A stretch of DNA of 63,882 bases, counting the filler, from Octopus bimaculoides (lineage: Eukaryota), in the NCBI RefSeq assembly GCF_001194135.2. It is 4 parts of 4 records of this genome, joined end to end, with 100 filler letters (N's around TTAATTAATTAA, not from the genome) between each part and the next. Parts side by side here need not be neighbours in the genome. Positions count along the whole stretch, not along the records: positions 47,569 to 62,590 come from NC_068988.1; 3 more parts are not named here. One strand, written 5' to 3'. The notes beneath the pieces were generated by a model. The model saw only the letters and a list, made by a program, of their open reading frames with translations, did not search any database and was not told where the DNA came from. A program made the position numbers and the translations under genes. Shown here piece by piece: positions 49,571 to 62,590 of this stretch. Position 1 is the stretch's first letter. Each line of letters starts with the position of its first letter.

Positions 49571-50224
49571 AAGCCAAGTGAGACCAAAATCCAAGGCCTC
49601 TGCCAGGGATGTAGCCAGCCCACTTATGCGTAACATTCCATCTTTGGAGACTAAACTCCGCTTGCGAAAACCTGTTGAGGCAAGTGAAATCGAAATCGAA
49701 ATCGCACTAAATTTGTAGACTGGCACCCATGCCAACGTCTTCATTGAACACTAAACTTGGCTTGCAAAGACCTGTTGGGGCAAGCGAAAGCGAAATCGTG
49801 ATGGCACCAGTACCAGTAAATCACTAAGAGCACCATCCGAGCACCAGCTGTCTGGCTTTCGTGCCTGTGGCACGTAAATAGCACCATTTGAGCGTGACTG
49901 TTACCAACGTCACCTTCCTGGCACTTGTGCCAGTGGCACGTGAAAAGACATTTGAGCGAGTTCGTTGCCAGTACCGCTGGACTGACTCCTGTGCAGGTGG
50001 CGCGTAAAATACACCATTTCGAGCGTGGCCGTTGCCAGTACCTCTTGACTAGCCTTTGTGCCGGTGGCACGTAAAAGCACCCACTACACTCTCTGAGTGG
50101 TTGGCGTTAGGAAGGGTATCCAGCTGTAGAAACTCTGCCAAATCAGATTGGAGCCTGGTGTAGCCATCTGGTTCACCAGTCCTCAGTCAAATCGTCCAAG
50201 CCATTTGGAAAGCGGACGTTAAAC

Positions 50225-50257
<33 letters not shown>
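49571..50257 (+). mobile_element. SINE-like family F with internal ~65-bp tandem subrepeats and (GAT)n tail
   Basis: Three-plus units of gtggcacgtaaaa.caccattt.gagcgt...gttgccagtacc at 49867-50080; tail ttggcgttaggaagggtatccagctgtagaaactctgcca...cggacgttaaacgatgatgat; reverse copies at 60619-60990 and 62357-62590. Confidence 0.75.
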
Positions 50258-50963
50258 ACTCACAATGGATGTCCTTTAGTTTCTATCTACCAAATCCACT
50301 CACAAAGATTTGGTCAGCCTGAGACTATAGTACAAAACACTTGCTCAAGACACCACACAGTGGAATTGAACCTTGAACCATGTGTCTGGGAAGCAAAGTT
50401 CTTACCACAAAGCCACACCCTTTAGAATATACTTTTAAAATAACAAATTATAATTATCAAATAGAATTATTATTATCAAATCAAAATAACAAATTATAAA
50501 TCTCAAACTGAATGGTCACAGTAAATTGTAGCAGATTTACTTCATTTTTGTCAGATGCTAATTAAATAGAGTTGCCATTTTATTTCTGTCTCACTACATT
50601 AAACTCGTCATACAATGATTGAGCTTAATTATTATATTTCTCGTAAATAAGATCGGTTGAACAAATCTGATTATTACTGATATAATATAGAGATTGTATA
50701 TTGCTAACCATATTCATTAAATCATATCGAGATTTTTAAAGATTTAAGAAATATTTTATTGTGTACATTTTAGGCTGTAGACTGTAAAATGCAAAAGACA
50801 TAAAGCAAAACCATAGCACAAATAACAAGTTTAAATTAATATAATCACATTTCTAATGTTAGAGCACAAAATAAACAAAAATAAAATTTACATTTTATTA
50901 GTTTTGCAATCAAGAAAGACTATTTAACTTACGCATTTTAGATGCTTAAGTAACACTGCTATA

Positions 50964-51174
50964 TGGGGGCGGGGGCTGAAAAGTTCCTGGCTTTGGGTAA
51001 AAGAAAATACAAGAGGATCAGTTAATTATGATTTTATTCAACATATTCCCCTCTCAGATTCACACAATTGTTGCAGCGGCCCTTTTCTAAGCCCTGTAAA
51101 AGAACTTGGATGGTTGAGCCTCCAATCAAGCCTTTCGTGAAACCCTTAAAGCCAGGAAATTTTCAGCCCCTCAC
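50964..51174. mobile_element. Mariner-type MITE with 23-bp TIRs
   Basis: ggggctgaaaagttcctggcttt (50972-50994) versus aaagccaggaaattttcagcccc (51148-51170): one mismatch. Confidence 0.8.
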
Positions 51175-51793
51175 AAGGCATTAGTCACTCCAGGGTTGTA
51201 GTAAAAGACACTTGCCCAAAGTGCCATACAGTAGGACTGAACTCAAAACCACATGGTTACAAAGCAAGCTTCTTAATCATACAGCCATGATGCATCTACC
51301 ATTAGAGCACAAAAATCTATTATCGTTACTCATTTGTATCAGGAAAGAATATTTAACTCAGGCATTTTAGATGCTTAAGTAACAATGATATTTTCTATTA
51401 GTGAATGTCCATAATGTTGTCGCATTTAAACTTGATGGTTTTAAGTTTGGTTTAAAATTAATGTAAGATCTATAGAGGAAAAGGTCCACCCATTCAAGTT
51501 CAACACATAGTTTACCATGACTAAGCTGTCATCTTCTCGAATTAACCTTTTAAAATGCCTCAGACATGCCATATAGCAGGCAAATATCAAGCTTTTAGAA
51601 AATAATAATAATGATAATAATAATAATAATAATAATAATGTCATCCATGATGATTAACAACCAAGTATCAAAGTTTATAATGTGTGGAAAGAGATACTGT
51701 GAGACCTCTGACAAAAGGTTGCTGTCTGCTTTTTCAGAATCAACCAGAGCAAACAAGACCGAGCGCTCTGAGAAGTAAAGCAATAATAATAAT

Positions 51794-52010
51794 CATAGAC
51801 AAATGGTGAATGGAGATTGGAATAGAATGCTCTGTATAGCTTCTACAGAAGGTTTGCTTTTTAGGGCCTGGAAAGATTATCGAGAGGGTTTTAAGCACTT
51901 GAAAGACTATAGAAAGCTTGTGGGTACCTAAGGTTACTGGCAGTAACCTACTACCCACGTAACTTCTACCAGGAATAAGAACAAACCTGCAACAACAATT
52001 GTAATCTGCT
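51794..52010 (+). mobile_element. R4/Dong-like LINE extreme 3' fragment after (AAT)n
   Basis: MEIGIECSV*LLQKVCFLGPGKIIERVLST* (cf. LQK-x-x-LLGTA-x-I-x-R-x-VL); preceded by aataataataat. Confidence 0.65.
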
Positions 52011-52369
52011 CTGCTATAGATGCAAGGCCTGAAATTGTTGGGGAGGGAGCTAGTCAATTATATTGACCCAGTGCTCAATTAGTACTTATTTTACCAACCC
52101 CAAATGGATGACAGGCAAAGTTACCCACAGTGGAATTTGAACCCAGAATGTAAAGAGCCAGAAAAAAATGCCGCAAAGCATTTTGTTCAATAAACTAAAG
52201 GTTCTGCCAGCTCACCACCTGAATAATAATAACAACAACAACAACAACAATAATCCTTTCTACTAAAGGCACAAGGCCTGAAATTTGGGGGGGGGGGAAT
52301 AGTCAATCATATTGACCCCAGTGTTTCACTGGTACTTAATTTATCAACCCCAAAAGGATAACAGGCAAA
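52010..52369 (-). mobile_element. Two SINE family A copies (52010-52221; 52254-52369) separated by AAT/AAC repeats
   Basis: caaggcctgaaatt..gggg...tagtcaat.atattgaccc.agtg...gtactta.ttt present twice. Confidence 0.7.
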
Positions 52370-52923
52370 TAATGAAATATTTGAATATTTATTAATTTGT
52401 ATTTTTATTATAGGTCTTTTTAGTGTATTTACTTATTAAATTTTTCTATATGTGATTGTGGATTTTCATGGATGAATTCAATATTGTGATGTTTTTCTCT
52501 AAATTATACATNNNNNNNNNNNNNNNNNNNNNNNNNNNNNNNNNNNNNNNNNNNNNNNNNNNNNNNNNNNNNNNNNNNNNNNNNNNNNNNNNNNNNNNNN
52601 NNNNNNNNNNNNNNNNNNNNNNNNNNNNNNNNNNNNNNNNNNNNNNNNNNNNNNNNNNNNNNNNNNNNNNNNNNNNNNNNNNNNNNNNNNNNNNNNNNNN
52701 NNNNNNNNNNNNNNNNNNNNNNNNNNNNNNNNNNNNNNNNNNNNNNNNNNNNNNNNNNNNNNNNNNNNNNNNNNNNNNNNNNNNNNNNNNNNNNNNNNNN
52801 NNNNNNNNNNNNNNNNNNNNNNNNNNNNNNNNNNNNNNNNNNNNNNNNNNNNNNNNNNNNNNNNNNNNNNNNNNNNNNNNNNNNNNNNNNNNNNNNNNNN
52901 NNNNNNNNNNNNNNNNNNNNNNN

Positions 52924-52963
<40 letters not shown>

Positions 52964-53829
52964 GCACACACAACTGATTTCTTCCATCAACCAAATCCAT
53001 TCCCAAGGCTTTGGTTAACTTGAGATTATAGTAGAAGCCACCTGTCCAAGGCGCTTTGCAAGTGTCTTCTGCTATTATTTGAATATTTAATGAAAATATT
53101 TGTCACCAATTTGTAGTGAATAACATTGAGTCATTTGAAGTTTCTGGGGTTGGGTTTTATTCTTTAGAACAAACATTTACATTAGTAAGTCTCTCAGGAA
53201 TGTATATGAGTCGAGGCATTGCATGAATTTATCTGGGTTACTTGCTGAAGATTAAACACAGGAGTTGTTTTTTTTTTTCTAAAATAAAAAATAATAATAA
53301 ATAAATAAATTTCAGAAGGTGAAGAAGATATTGTCAACTGACTTGAAACCTGTACAATACTGGGATGCATTCCGAGATTCAGGTTTCAAATTCTAGTCGC
53401 CTGATTCCATAGTCAAATATCTTATCCACTCTGCCGCCGAGCATCTATATTTTGATGGTTTGTAGTGACAATTGTTTGCCAGAGTGAAATTCAAATTTAG
53501 CATTATTATAATTAGCAACAAGTACTTAAAGACAGAACCTCTAAGTACTAAGCCTTTCATAAACACTTCTAGACTCATTACTTAAAGACAATTAATAGAC
53601 TAAACAAAATGTGCAAGTACCAAACGAATCAGAAAGACTTCTAGAATCAGGAAAGCATATTAATTAATTTCAAAGAAAGCAACAAATGATCCTGTCCTAT
53701 CTTTTGGACAAAGAGAAATGAAAAATAAGACCCTTCTCAGCAAAGAATACAACTGGAATGCAATTGGATTGATGGTAGCTGTGATTCAGTGAGAGGAGAC
53801 AAGGAAGTGCACATGGTTCCTTTTCAAAG

Positions 53830-53970
53830 CCTCAAGGGGTTGGTGTGAAGCTGAGGGGGGGTGGGGGTTGATGCAAAGCCAAAGGGATTGATGCGAAGCC
53901 AAGGGGGTCGATGCAAAGCCAAGGGGACTGATGTGAAACCAAGGGGATTGATGTGAAGCCAAGGGGATCA
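53830..53970. repeat. Minisatellite, ~20-bp unit gccaaggggattgatg(c/t)gaa, about 6 copies
   Basis: Direct reading. Confidence 0.8.
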
Positions 53971-54789
53971 TGTATGAGGTTGAGGTGGTGGTCAGCACTG
54001 GCAGCCAGAGCAACATCCAAAGCAGCAATGCCACGTCTGCCAACAGCAGCAACGGCAGCAACAACAATGGTGATGGTGGCGGTAGTGCATCAAGCAGCAG
54101 ACAACAATATCAACAGTTCCAATGGCAACAGTAGCATCAACATTGCAGCTGGAAATAGCAGCTACACCAGCAACAATGGAACCACAAGGATCACGTCAAG
54201 GAATAACAGCGCTGACAGTGACCCCAGCAATAACACATGTGGCAATAACAACAACAACATCAGACCCTGTGTTAATGAAAGAGACAGCAACGGTCCCACC
54301 TGTAACACCTCCTTCATGCACAAATATTTTTTTGTTTGCAAAAGGAATTGACCATGACATATTTCTTCCTCAAGTTGTAGAAAGGTTATGCACCTTCGAC
54401 CATTTGAGTCTGTCAGGTCACTAATACAGCTAAGCACTTTACAGGTGCAAAACCAGTGGTCACTCTCTGACTGGTCATAACAATTAATTTCCTAAGTTGC
54501 CAAGCCTTGCATTGCCTTCTTTTTGCTTCTTCTTCAGTTTTTCTCCTCTCCTCAAAAGTGGATCAACCTAAATGAATTGCTCTTCACCAGGATAGATAGC
54601 CAGCAGCTTCCGTTTCCCAGTGTTCATGCTGATGCCAGCTTAAAGGAGGGAAGATTTCAGTTAGTCTTTGAATCTGCATTTTGGGGCTCAAAGAGGTCAT
54701 TTGCTATTGACAAACCACAGATGACATGTCCTGACCACTTGAGATGATGCTTGAGGAAATTTCAACTGCATGAACTAAAAGTCAGAGGA

Positions 54790-56166
54790 AAACAAAATAA
54801 AATACCTGCATCAGCTTGCTATATAAGCAGGTAGTAATTTTACCTTGTCCTTATTCTTAGTTCAAGTTTTGAAGAGCGCAGTTCGATTTTAACATATTAT
54901 TTCAAAGTTATAATGGAAGTGACAAAAGAGCATATTCGGCATATTTTGCTTTATGAGTTCAATAAAGGTAACAATGCAAGGCGGGTGAAATCCTTAGTGG
55001 TATTTCGTCTGTCTTTACGTTCTGAGTTCAAATTCCGCTGAGGTCGACTTTGCCTTTCATCCTTTTGGGGTCGATAAATTAAGTACCAGTTGTGCACAGG
55101 GGTCGATCTAATCGACTGGGCCCCTCCCCCAAAATTTCGGGCCTTGTGCCTAGAGTAGAAAAGAATGCAATGGAAAGTGTGAGGAATATTAATTCAGTAT
55201 ATGGGGACTGGACAATTAGTGTAAGCCAGTGTCTACAGTGGTTCCAGAAATTCTGAGCCGGAAACTACAGCCTAGAAGAGAAGTCTCATCTTGCAAGATA
55301 TGTAGAGCTCGACCAGGATGTCCTGAAAACTCTGGTGGAACAAAATCTCATCATAACTGTTAAGGAATTAGCAGGGAAGCTTGGATTTGCTCATTCAACC
55401 ATTCATCAACACCTGTGTGCTATCGGAAAAGTCAGCAAATTGGTTCAATGGGTTCCTCACAAGCTAGCCGAGACTAATCGCACACAGAGTGAACGTGTGC
55501 TCTTCTTTGCTGTCACATTTCATGAATGAACCTTTTATGGACTGAATAGTGACTGGTGATAAGAAATGGATCCTCTATAAAAATGTCAAGCATGGAAGAC
55601 AGTGGGTAGAGAAAGAGAAACACCAGCACCCCAGGCTAAAGAAGGTCTTCACCCATGTAAGGTGGTGTTATTTGTTTGGTGGGATATGAAAGGTTTAGTC
55701 CACTTTGAACTTTTAAAACCAAACCAAATGATAGCAAAGGAGATCTATTGTGATGTGAGCAGCTTGAGCAGCTTGAGCGGCTTAAGTCAGTAGTAGATGA
55801 AAAGTGGTTACGAGATGAAAAGTGTTCTTCCATCAGGATAATGCGAAGATGACATTCCAAAGGCTGGAGCAGTTTGAATGGGAAACAATACCCTACCCAC
55901 CACGTTCACTGGACATTGCCCCATCTTCAAAATCATTTGGATAGAAAAAATATGAATTTTGTAGAGAAGGTCAGAACAGTACTGGAGGAGTATTTTTCGT
56001 CACGGACAGTTGAATTTTGGAAGAGGGGCATTGCAAGTCTACCAGATAGATGGAAGAGCATTGTAGAAAATGAAGGAGAGTATATTTTAGGTTAAAAAAG
56101 AACTTTGTTTATATTCATTTTGAAAAATAAAAGAAGTATAAAAAAATGTATTATTTATGAGCTGAC

Positions 56167-56172
<6 letters not shown>
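54790..56172 (+). mobile_element. Degenerate DD34D mariner element (transposase ATG 54913 to TAA 56095), right TIR present, interrupted by a SINE
   Basis: MEVTKEHIRHILLYEFNKGNNA|MESVRNIN..., WVPHKL, VTGD.KWILYKN, LHPCKVVLFVWWDMKG, HQDNA, YPPRSLDIAPS (cf. YSPDLAPS), FWKRGIASLPDRWKSIVENEGEY; right end ...ttatttatgagctgacccaa-TA. Confidence 0.9.
54980..55163 (+). mobile_element. SINE family A inserted in the mariner transposase, 7-bp TSD AATGCAA
   Basis: aatgcaa at 54973-54979 and 55164-55170; removing the SINE and one TSD restores the frame AAT GCA ATG GAA. Confidence 0.9.
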
Positions 56173-56214
<42 letters not shown>

Positions 56215-56660
56215 NNNNNNNNNNNNNNNNNNNNNNNNNNNNNNNNNNNNNNNNNNNNNNNNNNNNNNNNNNNNNNNNNNNNNNNNNNNNNNNNNNNNNN
56301 NNNNNNNNNNNNNNNNATATACATATACATATATACATACATACATACATACATACATACATACATACATACATACATACATACATACATACACATACAT
56401 AAATATACATATATGACACCAGTCTAGTTGAGGTAAATTTTCTATGGTTGAACACCTTTTGCTAATGCTCACCTGATTCCAAGCAAGGTAATATTTCTCC
56501 ATTGCCAAACATAAAACATATTTTCATGAAAAATTGGAAATGAAGGGAACTTCCTGTATGATGATGATGCTCATTTACAGCTATCATATAATATCAAGAC
56601 ACTCACACATATACACAAGCACACATACATATGTCTACATATATACATATATTATAACGT

Positions 56661-56810
56661 AGGCGCGGGCATGGCTGTGTGGTTAGGAAGCTTGCTTCCC
56701 AGCTGCATGGTTTCGGGTTCAGTCCCACCGCGTGGCACCTTGGGCAAGTGTCTTCTGCTATAACCCCGGGCTGACCGAAGCCTTATGATTGAATTTGGTA
56801 GGCGGAAGTT
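56661..56810 (+). mobile_element. SINE family C 5' half
   Basis: aggcgcgggcatggctgtgtggttaggaagcttgcttccc...gggttcagtcccaccgcgtggcaccttgggcaagtgtcttc. Confidence 0.8.
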
Positions 56811-57160
56811 ACTGCCGTGTGTGTATACGTCTGTGTAAGTGCTTGTGCCTCTCTCCCAGAGAGTGAGAGGGGGGATGACAGTAATAATATTTGTCTCTTA
56901 CTAAGAAACAGAAAAGTTTTTATAGGACTCCAAAAGAAGTGCTCAAATATAAATGAGACAAGGATAAATGTTGTTGTATATTGAGTCGTTGACCCGAATG
57001 TAATGTTTTTATTCCGTCACTAATGCTTTTTTATCATATATTTACATATATATATACATACACACACATATATATTTTTTTTAATATGTATATATACATG
57101 TATATATATGTTTATATATCTATACACATATATATGCACACACAAATATATACATACATA

Positions 57161-57191
<31 letters not shown>

Positions 57192-57237
57192 TTCTGTGTG
57201 TGTGTCTGTGTGTGTGTCTGTGTGTGTGTCTGTGTGT

Positions 57238-57307
<70 letters not shown>

Positions 57308-57406
57308 AAATGCACATGCACATGTATGCATGTATCCAAATATAGAAACCAAGTGCCAAAACAGTCAAACTGTCTTACCCATACTAGGATGGAAAACAGA
57401 CACTAA

Positions 57407-57453
<47 letters not shown>

Positions 57454-58252
57454 ATATTCATCTGCTCCATCATCTAAGGTCTGCTTTTCTATGCTAGCAT
57501 GGGTTAGATGAGCGACAAGCCTCTTCCAGTTTCCATTTACCAAACCCATTCGCAAAACTGTGGATAGATCCAGGAGCTGTAGTGGAAGACTCTTTCCCCA
57601 GTGTAAATGTACCACACAGTGGGACTCAGCCCCAAAGCCATGCAGTTGTAAAACCAATCTACTCAACACACAGCCATACCTGTGCCTATCCTTATACCTG
57701 GAAGACTATCGCTGCCTGCATGCAACTGACTGCAAGTAAAATCAATAGAACCAGGTAGTGTTGATGTTGATATGCTCTGATTGTGATGTACTTACTTTGA
57801 CATGCATAAATCAGCAGAGATTGGTGTTGTGTTTGTTATTGGCAACTGAAGGATGGGATTTCTATTATTCCATAAAATGTTGTTGAATAATCAGCTCTGT
57901 AATCAGACTTGAATTAACACACACAACACATACGCATAGATGTATACTCACTTGGGCACATACACCTGTACATACACAAGCACACACACACACACACACA
58001 TAGAGATATACTCACTTGGGCACATACACATATGCATGCACAAGCACACACACACATACAGACACATGCACACACACACAAAATGTTTGTGCACATGCAA
58101 ACATGTGTACACACGTATGCAGACTCATATACACACATACAGAAATGTGTGTACAAACACTTGAACAAAAAAACACACAAAAATGCAAATACACACATAC
58201 AAACATACATACACACATTTGCACACTCACAGACACAAAAATGTACCTCTAT

Positions 58253-58317
<65 letters not shown>

Positions 58318-58358
58318 CTGGCAGGCAGGCAGGCAGGCAGACAGACAGACAGACAGAC

Positions 58359-58409
<51 letters not shown>

Positions 58410-58412
58410 CAG

Positions 58413-58616
58413 ATAGAAACATAGATATGTACTATACACACAAAGCTGCATTTGTGCTTGTATATATACATGCTCATAATATAAAAGGAAACAATGATAA
58501 TGATGGGTGTATGCATAGAAACATAGATATGTACTATACACACAAAGCTGCATTTGTGCTTGTATATATACATGCTCATAATATAAAAAGAAACAATGAT
58601 AATGATGGGTGTATGC
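58413..58616. repeat. 102-bp tandem duplication (58413-58514, 58515-58616), one mismatch
   Basis: Direct comparison; the copies differ at aaagg/aaaag. Confidence 0.9.
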
Positions 58617-58677
58617 ATAGAACAGTGTGTATGTGTATCTGTACCTATATATACATATGTACATACGTATATACATG

Positions 58678-58860
58678 TATGAGGTTTGATCAAAAAAGTG
58701 GTAGGGTTGTTGCTATGGTAATGGAGCTAAAGTATGCAGAGGGAAGCCCCTTGGCACAGACTGATCTCAAACTGTCACACACTAAGTTAGAACATTCTCA
58801 CTCACTTCCATTGTTTATAGCAGTGCCCAGAAGTAAAGTGTGTAGAGTGTGGTCATCTCA
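58678..58860 (+). mobile_element. Possible mariner left end
   Basis: TA-tgaggtttgatcaaaaaagt resembles mariner TIR starts (TACGAGG.TGATCAAAAAGT); no right end was found. Confidence 0.4.
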
Positions 58861-58968
58861 AAAAGAAAATCAGGGTTCCAGCTGCAGAGGATCGATTTTA
58901 TTGTGTTAAGGAAGGCAAAAACTTTTTGAAAAAGTGATGAATTGTGGTTCTAGATAGATAGATAGATA

Positions 58969-59009
<41 letters not shown>

Positions 59010-59817
59010 ACAAACAGACAGACAGACAGGTTGATAGATAGATAAAAATGTACATTAGTGCAAGGGTGCATTTTCATAAAAGAGCAGTATTGTGAGCATG
59101 ACTATGAGTGAGTATATAGTCATGTATATAGAAGATTTCATTATCTGTGTAAACACATATATATGTGTATGCATATAATGTATATGATGTGTGCATGTGG
59201 ATGTATGTGTGTGTGAGTTTCTGCATATCTATTTCAGTCCTGGTAACTGATATGTTTTCATTAGCAACCGAGGCACAAAAAGCCATTCAATGAAACCATT
59301 ATACCTAAGTCATATGCTGCATAAATGCACACCTGCACACACACACACACACACATGCACACACACACACACACACATGCACACACACACACACACGTGT
59401 GCGCACACACACTCACACACACACACATACACACAACATGTACATGCATACAGAGTTTTTAATATATATACAAATATATTCACATACAGTTACATGAAGA
59501 TATACATACAGTTTTCTTCATTTACATATGTAACTACGCATCACAACACACAATAGAGATTGCAAACTTGATAATTTCATAGTCACGTGTGTGTATGTAT
59601 GTGTGTGCACGAACACACGTGTTATGTTTGTGCGTTTATATATACATCAGTTGAGTATATGTGTATGATACACATATATGCATAAATATATCTGTACATA
59701 GATAAATGAATATATGTGTGCAAACATATGTATATATGTATGTATATATACACATTATATGTGTGTGTGTGTGTGTATACATACACACAATATGTGTATA
59801 TATGTATGTGTGTGCAC

Positions 59818-59864
<47 letters not shown>

Positions 59865-59934
59865 CATATATGTATATACATATACATATACATCACACAT
59901 ATATACATATATTATGATGATAATGACAACGATG

Positions 59935-59988
<54 letters not shown>

Positions 59989-60618
59989 CTTAAAGATGGT
60001 ATCTGGCAGTGACATGCACTTACACGAAGAGAGATTATTTAATATATATTTTTGCACAGGAGTAAATGGATAAATAATGAAATCCATATAGAAGAGGAGA
60101 TAAATGAGAGAGGAATGTTTGTGTATCAACAATATAGCAGATTCTGTATTGGTTCCAAACATTTATTGTTACTTTGCCACAAGCTATCTCTTATTGAGTA
60201 GACGTATGATAAAAGCCTTTTAACTGTAAGTATCTGTCTCCTATATGAAGGATTGCATTATCTTATCCCATCTTTTTATACAGACCCAATACATTTAGGA
60301 GCGAATTATCTAATGTGTCTGACACTTTTTTTTTTGACAAGGAAAATGTGTGATGTAAGACAGATTTGGCTGCTTTGTCTCACAAGTCAAAGCAACTATA
60401 TAGAGGCATCATCACTGACATATATATTCATGTGTGTGGGGGCGGGGGACATGAGGAAAATATTAGCTTCTCTTGGAAACAGATCAGGGTTGGTGGCAGG
60501 AAGAGCATCTGGCCATAGAAAATCTGCTTCGATAAAATCTGCCTGCTCCATGAAAGAATGGAGATGCGGACGTTAAATGATGATGGTGATAATATATATA
60601 CATGCATATATCATATAT

Positions 60619-60990
60619 CATCATCATCATCATCATCATTTAATGTCCATTGTCCATGCTAGCATGTGTTGGACTAGCATGTAACCAGAGCTGGAAAGCT
60701 GGGGAGCTACCCCAGACTCCAGTCTCATTTCACATGGTTTCTATGGCTGGATGCCCTTCTTGATGCCAAACACATTACAGAGTGTTCTGGGTGCATTTAC
60801 GTGGCACCACGCAGGTGCTTTTCCATGGACCTGCACAGGTGATTTTACGTGCCACTGTACTGGCACTTTTATGTGGCACCACCACGATTGCTTTGCACTA
60901 CTAGATATATCGGTCTTAACACTTCTACTGCAGAGTACGGATCTTCTTGAACATGGCAAGCCCCAGGTATCTCGATCCTTTGTCACTCAC
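60619..60990 (-). mobile_element. SINE-like family F, older copy
   Basis: (CAT)n, then tttaatgtcc...ttctatggctggatgcccttcttgatgccaa...gtgcatttacgtggcacc. Confidence 0.65.
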
Positions 60991-61050
60991 CTGAAAGGTT
61001 CAGCATCCTGAAGTCGTTAAGATAATTCAAGACTCTGGCACAGATTTATA

Positions 61051-61415
61051 GGCACAGGTGAGGCTGTTTGATAAGAAGCTTGCTTCCTGACCAAATGGTT
61101 CTGTGTGCAGTCCCACTGCATGACACCTTGAGCAAGTGTCTCCTACTATGGCCTTGGGACAACCAAAGCTTTGTGAGTGGATTCGGTTGATGGAGACTGG
61201 AAGAAGCCCAGCATATGTGTGTGTGTATTTGTTTCTCCCCCACCACCACCACTGCTTGACAGCCAGTGTTGGTGTGTTTACATCCCTGTAACTTAGTTGT
61301 ATGGTAAAATATGCCGACAGAATAAGTACTAGGATTTACAGAAATAAGTCCTGGAGTTCAAGGTGGTGCCACAGCATGGCCACAGTCAAATGACTGACAC
61401 AGGTAAGAGATAAAA
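61051..61415 (+). mobile_element. SINE family C, full length, followed by a (TA/CA)n tract
   Basis: Head aggcacaggtgaggctg...; 3' end cagcatggccacagtcaaatgactgacacaggtaagagataaaa. Confidence 0.8.
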
Positions 61416-61489
61416 TATAATATATATATACATACACATACACAGACACATACACACACACACACACTCACACACATACATATATACAG

Positions 61490-61573
<84 letters not shown>

Positions 61574-61578
61574 GTGTG

Positions 61579-61650
<72 letters not shown>

Positions 61651-62356
61651 CATAGGTAAGATAATTCAAGACTCAGTAAACTGTTTGTAATCCAGTGAAG
61701 CAAACTCAAAGTTTATTCACTCGATGAAAAACATTGGGATTGTTTACCTTAAATAGTCCCAGGTTATTCCATATCATTTGATCCGATTAGCCAGAACTTG
61801 GATTATAGAGTGCTTGAACAGTATCTGCCGGGATCCATCACCCCTATCTATCTATCTATCTGTATGTGTGTGTGTGTGTGTGTGTGTGTGGATTTGTGTG
61901 GATTGATTTGAATAGATACATAGATTTATATACATCTATATATACACACATACAAACATACTCTTACACACACATACCTGCACATACACAGACAGACAGA
62001 CACATAGATCGATAGATATTCTATCTATGACTCCAAAAGGATGAAAAGCAAAACCGATCTTCACAGTGACTGAACTCAGAGTCTTGAGAATCACAATTAC
62101 CACAAGGCATTCTACCAATGCTCTAACAATTCTTGCCAGTTCACTACCATATATGGACTCAAATATAATGGAACCCTTATTTTTTAAACCTCAAAATCAA
62201 TATTTTATCTTCCTCCACCCCCCAACACTTTTTTTCTTGGAATATAATGTTACTCTGCAATTTTGATCTTGAAGTTTTGCATTAAATTTCTTACATTAGG
62301 CCAAAGTAAAGGAAAGATATATATTCGTATGTGTATGTATGTGTGTATATATATAT

Positions 62357-62590
62357 CATCATCATCATCATCGTTTAACGTCCGCTTTCCATGCTAGCAT
62401 GGGTTGGACGATTTGACTGAGGACTGGTGAAACCGGATGGCAACACCAGGCTCCAGTCTGATTTGGCAGAGTTTCTACAGCTGGATGCCCTTCCTAACGC
62501 CAACCACTCAGAGAGTGTAGTGGGTGCTTTTACGTGTCACCCGCACGAAAACGGCCACGCTCGAAATGGTGTCTTTTATGTGCCACCCGC
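62357..62590 (-). mobile_element. SINE-like family F 3' part
   Basis: Reverse complement of 50050-50257. Confidence 0.8.

Noticed and set aside
49860-50080. CRISPR-like array (regular ~65-bp period with a conserved GTGGCACGT core)
   Set aside because: Whole units are homologous with no unique spacers, they sit inside a dispersed retroposon, the context is eukaryotic and there are no cas genes.
53953-54437. Asn/Ser/Ala-rich ORFs as a low-complexity exon
   Set aside because: Decayed CAA/CAG repeats next to a minisatellite; no domain and no convincing splice sites.
54523-54747. Possible exon after a polypyrimidine tract
   Set aside because: No recognisable protein, no donor site identified, and it runs into the mariner 5' region.
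57020-60162. Cys/Val-, His/Thr- and Tyr/Ile-repeat ORFs (here and throughout the track)
   Set aside because: Open frames produced by (CA)n, (TA)n, (TATG)n and (GATA)n repeats, or by runs of N.
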